Source: an uncultured virus (IMG/VR IMGVR_UViG_3300049791_000126) | Taxonomy: Duplodnaviria; Heunggongvirae; Uroviricota; Caudoviricetes | Virus record (IMG/VR): IMGVR_UViG_3300049791_000126 | Reading direction: 5' to 3' (one strand) | DNA: 20,000 nt | In this document: one piece after another, positions 1-8,462 of the stretch | Layout of the letters: every line of letters begins with the position of its first letter | Position numbering within the stretch: the first letter of the stretch is position 1 | The notes under the pieces: model-generated | What the model was told of the DNA's origin: nothing | Seen by the model: the letters and a program-made list of their open reading frames with translations, nothing else | The model's database searches: none | Program-made: the position numbers and the translations under genes

Positions 1-43
1 TCGACGCGCACCCGGAAGACAGTGACGAGGAGGAGGAATAAAT

Positions 44-283
44 ATGGCCGATCGAATTCGATTCAAGTGCCCGTGCTGCGCCTCCGGGCACGACCGTGGA
101 TTTGTTGACGGCGTGAACACATTCCGCTGCCTCGGGTGCGGATACATCGGGCACGGGTTTCACCCGGACCCAGAGACGGACCGTTCGTTGCTTGCGGAGC
201 ACGAAGCCAATAACGCTTTGAATCGGAAGCTGGGGGTGCCCGAGGTACCGCTCGGCGTAGATCCACTGAGCTTTGGTTGTTAA
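44..283 (+). CDS. Hypothetical protein with N-terminal Zn ribbon
   Basis: GGAGGA RBS upstream of ATG; CPCC...CLGC motifs. Confidence 0.7.
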   Translation: MADRIRFKCPCCASGHDRGFVDGVNTFRCLGCGYIGHGFHPDPETDRSLLAEHEANNALNRKLGVPEVPLGVDPLSFGC

Positions 284-285
284 AA

Positions 286-480
286 ATGAAGCCCCGAGTT
301 TGGATCAGGTTCGACGAAGAGTTGCCGCCGGAGGGTGTGATGGTGATGACGAAGATCGATGATGCGCGCGGAGTCCGCAACGAGCAGCGGCTGCGCCGCA
401 GCGGTTCGATGCTGCTTGGAGGCGGCATGTACGTCTACTACCAACCGACGCATTGGTGTCACCTGGACGAGGAAGAATGA
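286..480 (+). CDS. Small phage protein, DUF551-like
   Basis: WI...ELP N-terminus and YYQPTHW C-terminus resemble DUF551; ATG at 286 follows the upstream stop. Confidence 0.6.
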   Translation: MKPRVWIRFDEELPPEGVMVMTKIDDARGVRNEQRLRRSGSMLLGGGMYVYYQPTHWCHLDEEE

Positions 481-734
481 AGCCCCGCGTTCCGACGCGG
501 AAAGAGCGCGCCGTACTCCGCGCCCGCGACGCCCTCAAGCGGAACGAATCCCGTCTCCTCGAGCGCTTGCAGTCAGCTCAGGAGGCCCTCGGCGACGACT
601 GCTCGCACCCGGTGATCTTTCGCTACCAGTGGCAAACGAAAGGCTCCCAAGCGAACTTCGTCACCGGCGAGCGCTGCGTGCTATGCGACAAGCGCCGGTC
701 CTTCGCGGGGCGCGGACGGTGGAAGAAGGGCTGA
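477..734 (+). CDS. Hypothetical protein with C-terminal Cys/His motif
   Basis: ATGA overlap with previous stop; CSHP...CVLC. Confidence 0.6.
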   Translation: MKPRVPTRKERAVLRARDALKRNESRLLERLQSAQEALGDDCSHPVIFRYQWQTKGSQANFVTGERCVLCDKRRSFAGRGRWKKG

Positions 735-748
735 CTCACCCCTAGAAA

Positions 749-778
749 TTGACCCGACCTCGCCCGCTCAGGTACCCT
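749..778 (+). promoter_or_regulatory. Putative sigma70-type promoter
   Basis: TTGACC-N18-TACCCT just upstream of ATG 786 (near-leaderless transcript). Confidence 0.45.
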
Positions 779-785
779 TCATGGC

Positions 786-1895
786 ATGCCCCGTCCCCGC
801 CATCGCCCCAACCGCCTCCCGGTCGCCCCCCCTCCGCTACGCCACCGGGTGCACTCGCCAGTGAGCGCTGGTGCTGGTCGGGAGAGTTCCTTGGACCGCG
901 TGCGGCGCTTGGCGCGCGAGCATCGAGTGGCGGAGAAACCGTTCGATCCGGAGAGGCGGGGGACGTGGCGGGGTAGCTCCCGGGATCTCGTCGTGAATCC
1001 ACGTCAACGGCGCAATGGCAAGGGGTCAGCGTCGGCGCAAGACCTCTTGGGCGACGTAACGGCTGTGCTGGACACGGCTCTGTCCCCCGATCACGACAAG
1101 AAAGAAATCGTGACGGGATCGATTCTTGTGGGATGGGACCGTAGCCCCGATGACTCGTCGCTCGTCATCGCCGTCATACCGTCATACACGCGCCCGAACG
1201 AAGCCGAAGCGATCGAGATCGCTACCGACTATGCGGTGGAGATGAAGTGGTTGCGCTCGAAGGACCCGCGCCAGCCAGATTACGTGGTCGAAGTAACTGG
1301 ACGAGACATAGCTGCCCGAGAGCGCTTCGAGGGCATCCAGCAAGGCAGCTTCTACAGTATCGACGGCTCGTCGTACCGAGATGTTCATCGGGACGATGGC
1401 GGTGACTGGTGGGGATCAGACTACGCGCAGGGCAGCGATTATTCAGGCGGCACCGTCACCCTGAACAACTACAACCAGCTCCTCGAAATGGCCAATGAGT
1501 CGGGATGCGACTGCTATGAGACCATGTCTAGCGGTCATGGCGGATACCACATCTTCTTCAACGTCTATACGACGCCCGACGAGATCGTGGAAGCGTTAGC
1601 CGCGCTCGATGACTACCCATCCATAGACGACGAGTCCCTCTCTGAACTCGAGCAAGAGCAATCAGAAGAAGCCTGGAACAACTGGGCAGAGAGTGAATTT
1701 CGTAAGGGCCTGGAAGCGAAGTTTACGGGGGACGCGAGCGAGGTATCTGATGAAGATCTGTATGCCTGCTTCCACGAAGCCATGGAAGACTCCAACTCCT
1801 ACTGGGAAGATCAGCAGAGAAGCGGCATGTGGGTCGACATCAAGCGCGTGCTCGCGAAAGTGACCGAGCCTCCGTCTGGTTTCGTCGAGGAATAG
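786..1895 (+). CDS. Hypothetical protein, basic N-terminus and very acidic C-terminal half
   Basis: 369-aa ORF; LDDYPSIDDESLSELEQEQSEEAW acidic segment; function unknown. Confidence 0.75.
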   Translation: MPRPRHRPNRLPVAPPPLRHRVHSPVSAGAGRESSLDRVRRLAREHRVAEKPFDPERRGTWRGSSRDLVVNPRQRRNGKGSASAQDLLGDVTAVLDTALSPDHDKKEIVTGSILVGWDRSPDDSSLVIAVIPSYTRPNEAEAIEIATDYAVEMKWLRSKDPRQPDYVVEVTGRDIAARERFEGIQQGSFYSIDGSSYRDVHRDDGGDWWGSDYAQGSDYSGGTVTLNNYNQLLEMANESGCDCYETMSSGHGGYHIFFNVYTTPDEIVEALAALDDYPSIDDESLSELEQEQSEEAWNNWAESEFRKGLEAKFTGDASEVSDEDLYACFHEAMEDSNSYWEDQQRSGMWVDIKRVLAKVTEPPSGFVEE

Positions 1896-2444
1896 ATGAA
1901 GCAGCGTGACGCAGAGAAGCTCGGCAAGGCTACCGAAGCGCTGCTGGCGCGCTTCCGCGCCGCTGTCGACAAGCTCAGCGCGCGCGAAAAGATTGCCCTA
2001 GCCGCCCTCGATCCCCTCGCGACCATCAACGAAGGGCTGGAGAAGGATGTCGAGAAATGGAATGAGCTCGCGAGCGATCTCGACCCGGACGCAGAAGTCG
2101 CTCCCGTCATGGATGCCCCAGCGATCGATCTCGATGATCTGACCACCACGATTGAAGGCGCCTTCGAGGCGGCTCATTCTACGTTGGAAGAGTCGATCGA
2201 TCTCTTCGAGGACCTCGCCTCCCGCGCGAGCGACTATGAAGAGTCTGAGGAAGAGGAAGAGGACGACGGGGAGGTGGTCTACGCGTGCTCTTGCGATCAC
2301 CCGCGCTGCGCGGCGGAAGGTCCAGAAAGACCGACCGACTCCGGGGCGCAGCAGGCTGCTCGTGACGCGGGCTGGTTAGTGGTTGACGAGGGAAACTACT
2401 GCCCGAAGCATCGGGACCAGGCGCGGTCGGTGCCACTGGACTGA
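1896..2444 (+). CDS. Acidic helical protein with C-terminal Zn-binding motif
   Basis: ATG abuts previous stop; CDHPRC...ARDAGW...YCPKH; poly-Glu/Asp linker. Confidence 0.75.
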   Translation: MKQRDAEKLGKATEALLARFRAAVDKLSAREKIALAALDPLATINEGLEKDVEKWNELASDLDPDAEVAPVMDAPAIDLDDLTTTIEGAFEAAHSTLEESIDLFEDLASRASDYEESEEEEEDDGEVVYACSCDHPRCAAEGPERPTDSGAQQAARDAGWLVVDEGNYCPKHRDQARSVPLD

Positions 2445-2448
2445 CGCG

Positions 2449-3026
2449 GTCTCAGCTTACATCGGCGCTGAGCTGCCTCGTCGCGCGCTGCCTGAGGCTT
2501 CGTCTCGGCTTCCATCGGCGCCGAGCAGCCTCCACACGCTTGACGCCGTTGATCTTCGCAACGAACGGCGCGACTGGTCTCGGTTTCCATCGGCGCCGAG
2601 CAGCCTCCACACCCAGCTCGCCCACGGCATACTGGGCGCCATAACGGGTGTCTCGGTTTCCATCGGCACCGAGCAGCCTCCACACCTCACAACGACCCCT
2701 CAGAATGAACGCGAGCTGAGTCGTCTCAGTTTCCATCGGCACCGAGCAGCCTCCACACTTGCTGCCGCTTGTCGTGCAGGTGCTTGGGTATTTGGTCTCA
2801 GTTTCCATCGGCACTGAGCTGCCTCCACACGTGCAAAAGTAGATCCATCACCAAATACCGAGGGAACCCGTCTCAGTTTCCATCGGCACTGAGCTGCCTC
2901 CACACCTCAGGCCTCGTCTCAGTTTCCATCGGCACTGAGCTGCCTCCACACCCTCCAGCGTCAGGGCGCTCGCAGGCAGTTCGTCTTCGTGTCTCAGTTT
3001 CCATCGGCACTGAGCTGCCTCCACAC
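2449..3026 (-). CRISPR. CRISPR array 1: 9 repeats (leftmost degenerate), 8 spacers
   Basis: 36-bp repeat, + strand GTCTCAGTTTCCATCGGCACTGAGCTGCCTCCACAC and variants, starting at 2449, 2502, 2577, 2650, 2723, 2795, 2870, 2916, 2991; spacers 36-39 bp except one of about 17 bp and one of 10 bp; degenerate end on the left, leader on the right. Confidence 0.97.
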
Positions 3027-3170
3027 AGGTCTAGTTGTCACAGAACAATTCCGCCTACTTACATGGCGGTTTGCGAGCGGTTCGAAAATCTACCCTGCCC
3101 ATTCGCGTCGGGCATCGGATTTCCCGGTTTATTTGCATCTAGTTCCCCATCGGCACCGCGGCTCTCGCGA
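3027..3170 (-). promoter_or_regulatory. CRISPR leader of array 1
   Basis: First 54 bp align without gaps to 18838-18891 (39/54 identical); contains CGGTTTGCGAGCGG and TTATTTGCA. Confidence 0.85.
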
Positions 3171-3187
3171 TCACGGTGCAGACGCAG

Positions 3188-4300
3188 TTAGCCAATCCTA
3201 AACACCGTATCCGGCGGCACGACGAGCGAGCCCCCAGCAGTCAGCGTGCCCGAGAACTCACCGAGTCGCCCCTTGCCGTGATAGCTGATGGCCTCTACCT
3301 GCCCGAATCCCCAGAGCTCGGTCAGGACTTCGAAGGCAAGCGGTTTGTCTTTCTCAACTCGGAAGTGGATGTCGTTGATGGTGATGGTCATCAGCTCGGG
3401 CGGCGGAGTCGGCTGCGCCGCGGCTTTGAGCTGCGCTACTTCCGCGAGAAGCGATTCAGCTAGGTCAAGCGCGCTGCTTATTTGGTCACGGCAATGACCA
3501 GCGCGGGCGTAGGATATGTGTCCAAGCCCCGCCTTAGTGAGGTACTCGGCCTGCTTCATCGCGTCCCGGAGAGTACCCGTGAGAAGCGAGTGATCGCTGG
3601 CAGGTTTCGACTCCGCAGCGGCCGTGAGCTGCGCTACTTTTTCGAGCAACGCGAGCACCCCCGTATCGTACTCGGTGCCGTTCAGGCGCACGAAGAGCAT
3701 GCGGCCGGCGGAATCGATGAGCAAGCCCGTCGGCGCGCGCAGCATGGCGCGGAGGGCTTCGGCTTCGGGGTGGGCGGAGAGATCGACCTCGGCGACGGCG
3801 AAGAGCTGCCATAGATCGACATTGAGTCGATCGATGAGGGCGTCCAGGTGCCGGCCTAGGTGGTTTAGTGGGCCGTGTTGCAGCTCACCAGTGCGGAGCG
3901 TGGTGACGAGCGCCTTCACGGTCAGGAGCGCGTCGCGGAATCCTTGGTCGTAGCCGTGGTCTTTTTCCAACCGGCGGCGCGTCAGCAGCTCGGTTCTCAT
4001 CGCATCGTATTTCGATCGAATGCGCCCGAATGCCTCGAGAGCATTCTCATATAAATTCGAGAGTGCGTAGGTGACGAGCTCGAAGTCTTCGGGGGTGGAT
4101 GTGGCTGTGGTGTGTTCGACGGGCTGAATTTCAGCCGCACGATCGCGTTGTTTATGTTCAGCGTGAATGACGCGCGCGTCCTCGACGGGCACATCCTCCG
4201 CCCATGCGGTGTGGAGGTACCCGTGCAACCTCTTCGGGAGCTCATGGAGTTCGTGGTTCGTCACCTCGACGACCCACTTATCGAATGGAGTTCTGGTCAT
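3188..4300 (-). CDS. Hypothetical helical/coiled-coil protein
   Basis: Likely start ATG 4300 (MTRTPF), with ATGA overlap to the upstream stop; 370 aa. Confidence 0.7.
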   Translation of the reverse strand: MTRTPFDKWVVEVTNHELHELPKRLHGYLHTAWAEDVPVEDARVIHAEHKQRDRAAEIQPVEHTTATSTPEDFELVTYALSNLYENALEAFGRIRSKYDAMRTELLTRRRLEKDHGYDQGFRDALLTVKALVTTLRTGELQHGPLNHLGRHLDALIDRLNVDLWQLFAVAEVDLSAHPEAEALRAMLRAPTGLLIDSAGRMLFVRLNGTEYDTGVLALLEKVAQLTAAAESKPASDHSLLTGTLRDAMKQAEYLTKAGLGHISYARAGHCRDQISSALDLAESLLAEVAQLKAAAQPTPPPELMTITINDIHFRVEKDKPLAFEVLTELWGFGQVEAISYHGKGRLGEFSGTLTAGGSLVVPPDTVFRIG

Positions 4301-4587
4301 TTGGTGGCTAGCTTCAAGTGGGGTGGAGGAGCGGGCTCGGTGTCCCGAGCGCGGAGGTCGGCGAGTTGTTGTTCGAGTTCGCAGATACGGGTGATGTCTT
4401 CTGCGGCGTGGGGGTATTCGGTGCCCCAATCTACAGTGCCTTTGGTTACGATCTCTAGCCCAAGTGGAGCAAGCAGAGATCTCAGATCCTGCAACGTTGC
4501 AGGCCTCGTTTCGGTTTCTGTTCGGACGACTAGGTTACTTTGCGCTAAGCGCGCCGAGATCTCCTCGGCAAGTGGAAGTGAAGACAA
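4297..4587 (-). CDS. Hypothetical protein
   Basis: Fits the coupled minus-strand gene run; start uncertain (TTG). Confidence 0.55.
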   Translation of the reverse strand: MSSLPLAEEISARLAQSNLVVRTETETRPATLQDLRSLLAPLGLEIVTKGTVDWGTEYPHAAEDITRICELEQQLADLRARDTEPAPPPHLKLATK

Positions 4588-4600
4588 GATTGCGGGCCTT

Positions 4601-4852
4601 TCATACGCTGCCTTTCGCTCGGTACTGAGCTCGCGGCAGAACGCCTATCGCCCCCTCACTCCCCTCCACGAGTCCGTCGTAAACCTCCCAGCCGATCGAG
4701 ATCACCCGAGGTGAACCGAGCGCTTCCACGTCGCCATTGTCGCTGACCTTCCCGCGCGTCGCCCCGCACTCGCAGATCCGCACCGATTCGACGAGCTTCA
4801 CCACGTCGTCGCAACGCGTGCAGTTGAGCAGCAGCATGGGCCGGCGGGTCAT
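4601..4852 (-). CDS. Small Zn-ribbon protein
   Basis: CTRCDD...CECG; ATG at 4852. Confidence 0.7.
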   Translation of the reverse strand: MTRRPMLLLNCTRCDDVVKLVESVRICECGATRGKVSDNGDVEALGSPRVISIGWEVYDGLVEGSEGAIGVLPRAQYRAKGSV

Positions 4853-4856
4853 GGCG

Positions 4857-5138
4857 TCACCGGAGCCTCGTGCATTCAGCCGAGAGCCGTCCATACGCGC
4901 GCTCACGCCGTCCGAGATCGGGGATCTGGCCGATGCGGTTGTAGGTCCCGACCACGCTCTCCCGCGCGAACCACAGCTGCCGTTCGTGGGGCTTCAGCGC
5001 TTCGATCGATCCACCGTGGAGCGCCACCAAGCGCTTGAGCCAGCCGAAGCGCTCGTCGATACGGGTGAGGCACTCGCGCCGCGCTTCCTCGGCTTTGAGC
5101 AGGGCGCTTTGCGGCGCGGAGAGGATGCGGGCGTTCAT
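4857..5138 (-). CDS. Hypothetical protein
   Basis: 93-aa ORF in operon context. Confidence 0.6.
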   Translation of the reverse strand: MNARILSAPQSALLKAEEARRECLTRIDERFGWLKRLVALHGGSIEALKPHERQLWFARESVVGTYNRIGQIPDLGRRERAYGRLSAECTRLR

Positions 5139-5186
5139 GGGTCGGGCACCAGATGCGGGTACACTGGCACGATTCTCCCGAAAACT

Positions 5187-5318
5187 TCAGCCATGCAATG
5201 GGTATCCGGCTTCGCAAAGCAAACGGAACCGATATTCTCCAGCAGGAAAGCTTATCGGGTGATCCAGTGCGTCCGCGAGCGCGCGTTCGCGTGGACCCTT
5301 GCGCTCTTCGTGGCTCAC
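5187..5318 (-). CDS. Putative 43-aa protein
   Basis: GTGA overlap with the upstream stop; translated by hand as MSHEERKGPRERALADALDHP... Confidence 0.4.
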   Translation of the reverse strand: MSHEERKGPRERALADALDHPISFPAGEYRFRLLCEAGYPLHG

Positions 5319-5599
5319 CGAAGCTTCTCCCGCCTCGAGCAGTACCGATCCACCAAGTCCGAAACCTCCTGGATCGGATCTCCGTGCTCGACCTGCAGCT
5401 CGTCGCAGGCAGCCGCCTCGAGCATGCGGAGCTTTCCGGGAGCGAAAGCTTCCATGGTCAGGAGCACGGCTTCGATCTCGTGGAGGTTCAGGAGGATGCT
5501 CTTCCAGAGGCGGCGATCGGGGTGCGTCGAGAATGGCGCAAAGTGCGCCAAGGCCTCGATGGCATTGCCGATGTCGGTCGTGATCGCTGCTTTAGCCAC
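5315..5599 (-). CDS. Hypothetical protein
   Basis: Overlapping start/stop with neighbouring genes. Confidence 0.6.
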   Translation of the reverse strand: MAKAAITTDIGNAIEALAHFAPFSTHPDRRLWKSILLNLHEIEAVLLTMEAFAPGKLRMLEAAACDELQVEHGDPIQEVSDLVDRYCSRREKLR

Positions 5600-5807
5600 G
5601 GCGCCTCTGAAGCGCGCGGCGCTGCGCGCGGAGATCGTAGAAGAAGTTCTGGGTCACGTAGCCGAGGAGCACCGGCCAGACGATCATGCCCCGCACGAAC
5701 TCCATCCGGGTCATGCAGCCAGAGAGGCACTCGTTGGCGGCGAGCATGAGCAGGCAACCGACGAGCAGGTAGGCGGGGATGATCATGTAGACGAGGGTGA
5801 TGGGCAT
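5592..5807 (-). CDS. Small membrane protein
   Basis: Hydrophobic N-terminal helix, IVWPVLL motif, basic tail. Confidence 0.6.
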   Translation of the reverse strand: MPITLVYMIIPAYLLVGCLLMLAANECLSGCMTRMEFVRGMIVWPVLLGYVTQNFFYDLRAQRRALQRRRG

Positions 5808-5815
5808 GGTGGGTG

Positions 5816-6100
5816 TTACAGGTGAGTTGACAAAATTCTTCCCACGAGTTGGATGGTTTTTCCAGATTTGACGACGGCCGTCAGCCGATGCTGGCCATCG
5901 ATCAATTGGCCTTCGCCGTCAAAACAGATCCCCTGATGAGTGAGTCGCCATTCCCCTGCCAACATGTCGGCCGTAAAGGCATCCACGAGGCGCAGTGAGA
6001 TGTTCCTGTTTCGCGGGTGGTTCTTTGCGAGCCACTTTTCGGCTTGCGAAGGCGTGACAGATTGGGGACCAATTTTCAGAGCTGATTGAGCGCGCGCCAT
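5816..6100 (-). CDS. ParB/Srx-like DGQHR-motif protein, apparently C-terminally truncated
   Basis: VTPSQAEKWL..N.RNR...W.LTHQGICFD..G.LIDGQHRL.A; ends about 23 aa after DGQHR. Confidence 0.75.
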   Translation of the reverse strand: MARAQSALKIGPQSVTPSQAEKWLAKNHPRNRNISLRLVDAFTADMLAGEWRLTHQGICFDGEGQLIDGQHRLTAVVKSGKTIQLVGRILSTHL

Positions 6101-6134
6101 GTGGGGTGATTCCTTTGGAACGGGATACCGGCTG

Positions 6135-6163
6135 ACACTACGCTAGTGGCACACCGCTGTCAA
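6135..6163 (-). promoter_or_regulatory. Putative sigma70-type promoter
   Basis: TTGACA-N17-TAGTGT upstream of the ParB-like gene; 21/29 identical to 18151-18179. Confidence 0.6.
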
Positions 6164-6513
6164 CGCTCCGGATCTGCCGGCTTTCCGCGGCGAAGCTCCG
6201 CTGACAGCTTCGCCGCATGCGCGCACTTTCGAAGAAAGTCCTGCTCGGCGCGCGCGAGCGCCACCTCGGGCTTGCCCCCCACGCCATTGCCCCCTTCGTA
6301 CAGGCTCTCGCCGTGCCCCTCCTCGAGCCCCTGGAAGTGAATGAACGCCGTCCACTCCGGAGGCACCTCAGTATCTTGCGTGTCGCGATAGATGAGCCGC
6401 ACGCGGAGCTTCGGGAGCCGCATCTCCCAGTGCACCTCTTTGCTCGTCGCGTGCGACTGCCGAAACTCCCAGCCGCGCCAGAGGAACTTCTCGCGCGCTG
6501 CGATGCGACTCAC
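6160..6513 (-). CDS. Hypothetical protein
   Basis: 117-aa ORF, GTGA overlap. Confidence 0.6.
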   Translation of the reverse strand: MSRIAAREKFLWRGWEFRQSHATSKEVHWEMRLPKLRVRLIYRDTQDTEVPPEWTAFIHFQGLEEGHGESLYEGGNGVGGKPEVALARAEQDFLRKCAHAAKLSAELRRGKPADPER

Positions 6514-6809
6514 TCGGGGAGCTCGGAAATGGTCCCGTCCGTGCTCTTGAAGATCAGTACGATGGAAGAAGTGGCTCCATGAAAGAGAGCCGCGTAGGCG
6601 CCTTCCACGCGGCTCGATTGAGCGACCTCGACTCGATACAAAATCAGTCCCTCCGTGTCGGGCGGCAGATTGAACTCAACGACGTTGCCAGCGCCGACCC
6701 CGAACGATCGCCGCATTCCATCTTGGAAGACGAAGGTAACGCTCGCCTTGTCAGCAGGAGTGTGAGCGTGAGCGAGGGGTTTGTCGAACATGTTGGAAAA
6801 GTCGATCAT
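6510..6809 (-). CDS. Hypothetical protein
   Basis: AGGAG RBS, ATG 6809 (MIDFSN), ATGA overlap. Confidence 0.65.
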   Translation of the reverse strand: MIDFSNMFDKPLAHAHTPADKASVTFVFQDGMRRSFGVGAGNVVEFNLPPDTEGLILYRVEVAQSSRVEGAYAALFHGATSSIVLIFKSTDGTISELPE

Positions 6810-7147
6810 GGTGACTCCTGGATGCGTTGGGGACGATATTTGGGTTTGCGCTTGAGGCGGCGCTGCTGGTTGCAGTGCGCGCACCGGCACGAACCATACT
6901 CTTGGCCGCGCTCGCCGCACAAGAGACAGGGAGAGGCCTTGATCTCGAAGCCCGGAGGGGAGGCGTTGCGGGAGGGAGCTCGAGCCAGATTTTTCGACCG
7001 AGGCCGCTCGCGCACGGCTCTCCTGAACACGCTCATCGAGCCGCTGGGGCCGAGTAGGCTCGCCACGCGCTTGAAGGTCGACACCGACCCCTGCGCTTCC
7101 TCGAAGATCTCGGTGACCCAGTCCTCGGGCTCGTCCTCGAAGCTCAT
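6806..7147 (-). CDS. Hypothetical protein with C-terminal Zn finger
   Basis: ATG 7147 (MSFEDE); CLLC...CAHC followed by a basic tail. Confidence 0.6.
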   Translation of the reverse strand: MSFEDEPEDWVTEIFEEAQGSVSTFKRVASLLGPSGSMSVFRRAVRERPRSKNLARAPSRNASPPGFEIKASPCLLCGERGQEYGSCRCAHCNQQRRLKRKPKYRPQRIQESP

Positions 7148-7449
7148 GGCGTCTTGATCTGGGTGGAGTCTCTCTCGCCGGTCACGAAAGATACTTCGGT
7201 CCAGATAAATTCGCAGTCGCTGTCGTCTTCGTGGCCTGCCGGTAGGAAAGGCGCCGTGATGACGTAGCCATTTCGGGCGAAGTCGAATTCGATGCGAATA
7301 GGCCGCGCCGCGCGTACGCAAATGAGGTCGACCTCGACCCTCACCGGATGATCGAGCGTGCGATCGGGGTCTTGGGTTCTGGGGTACCAGAGACACGTCG
7401 AGAGCATCTCCCCATCGAACGACAGATCTCCAATGGCGGCGGGTTTCAT
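7144..7449 (-). CDS. Hypothetical protein
   Basis: ATG 7449 overlaps the recombinase stop. Confidence 0.65.
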   Translation of the reverse strand: MKPAAIGDLSFDGEMLSTCLWYPRTQDPDRTLDHPVRVEVDLICVRAARPIRIEFDFARNGYVITAPFLPAGHEDDSDCEFIWTEVSFVTGERDSTQIKTP

Positions 7450-8462
7450 AATAGTCCTCGTCCCGGGTTGTCCTGAAACAAATTCGCGCGCCGGATGTAG
7501 CCCCGGAAGCTCTCGTAGCTCTTGTGTCGCGAGTGACTCATGATCTGCCACTCAGGCCGCCCTGCGCGCGCCGCTTCCGTGATGAAGCCTGCCCGGAGCG
7601 AGTGCCCGCTGAACTCCACGCCCGGTTGGTCGGGGGAGATGTTCGACTTGCGCGCCCACTTCTTCACCACGTCGTTTACTTCCCATTCGGGGATGCGATC
7701 GAGCACTAAGCCGCCGTAGTAGGTGCGCGGAAAGAGCGCTCCCACGATCTCCAGCACATCAGGGCTGGCATCGATCCACGCGCGGAGCGCTGCTACCGGG
7801 CAGAGATCGGGGTTCCCAGCAGGCTCGATGGGGATGAGCTCGCCCTGGCCTTCCTGGTCGGTCTTCGACGACGCAATGGTGAGCTGCACTCCTTCCGGCG
7901 TGAACACCGCATGCTTCCGGTCGAGCGCCGCGATCTCGCTCCTTCGGAGGGCGCCAGCCCAACCGACGAGCAAGAGCGCCTTGTCGCGGATGGCGAGGGG
8001 ATCGGTCGCGGGCATGCGTGCCACGATTTTTTCCAAGTGCCGCACGAGCAGCGGGGGCGCCTGCTCGGGGGCCATCTTGAGCGCGTTCTTGATCTTTCGG
8101 ATATGCTGCTGCACGTGGATCGATTGCCGGGGCGGCACGTAGCCCCGCACCTTGTGGTAGTGCGAGAGGGCCGCCATGGCCCGCTCGATGGTGGCGGGCT
8201 TCTGGGAGCCGCCTGGACGCTCGGGATCGGCCAAGTAGGTGACGTAGAGGATCACGACCTGAGGGGAGGCGGGGAGCGCGCGGTGGCCCCAAGCCGTGCA
8301 CCAGGCATCAAAGCGCTTCCAGTCGCCCTCGTAGGCGCGCTTGGTGTTGGCAGGCGTCCCTTCCCGTTCGAAGCGGAGCGCGCGCACGTAGAGGCGCTCG
8401 GCCTCCACCCGCTGGAGTGGAGAGAGATGTAAGGGATCGGGGCGGCCGAGAAAATCGCTCAC
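7446..8462 (-). CDS. Tyrosine recombinase (Cre/XerD-like site-specific integrase/resolvase)
   Basis: N-terminal NTKRAYEGDWKRF core-binding domain; catalytic motifs ALRRSEI (R), SKTDQ (K), GHSLRAG (HxxR), SRHKS (H), RGYIR (Y). Confidence 0.95.
   Translation of the reverse strand: MSDFLGRPDPLHLSPLQRVEAERLYVRALRFEREGTPANTKRAYEGDWKRFDAWCTAWGHRALPASPQVVILYVTYLADPERPGGSQKPATIERAMAALSHYHKVRGYVPPRQSIHVQQHIRKIKNALKMAPEQAPPLLVRHLEKIVARMPATDPLAIRDKALLLVGWAGALRRSEIAALDRKHAVFTPEGVQLTIASSKTDQEGQGELIPIEPAGNPDLCPVAALRAWIDASPDVLEIVGALFPRTYYGGLVLDRIPEWEVNDVVKKWARKSNISPDQPGVEFSGHSLRAGFITEAARAGRPEWQIMSHSRHKSYESFRGYIRRANLFQDNPGRGLL

Noticed and set aside
2383..3201. ORFs overlapping array 1
   Set aside because: They are translations of repeats and spacers, giving periodic peptides.
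4737..5825. 362-aa plus-strand ORF and similar long antisense ORFs (7911-8956, 11214-11954, 13463-14348)
   Set aside because: Shadow frames of coupled minus-strand genes in GC-rich DNA.
5827..5832. TTGACA hexamers at 5827 and 16859 as plus-strand promoters
   Set aside because: No convincing -10 element at the right spacing.
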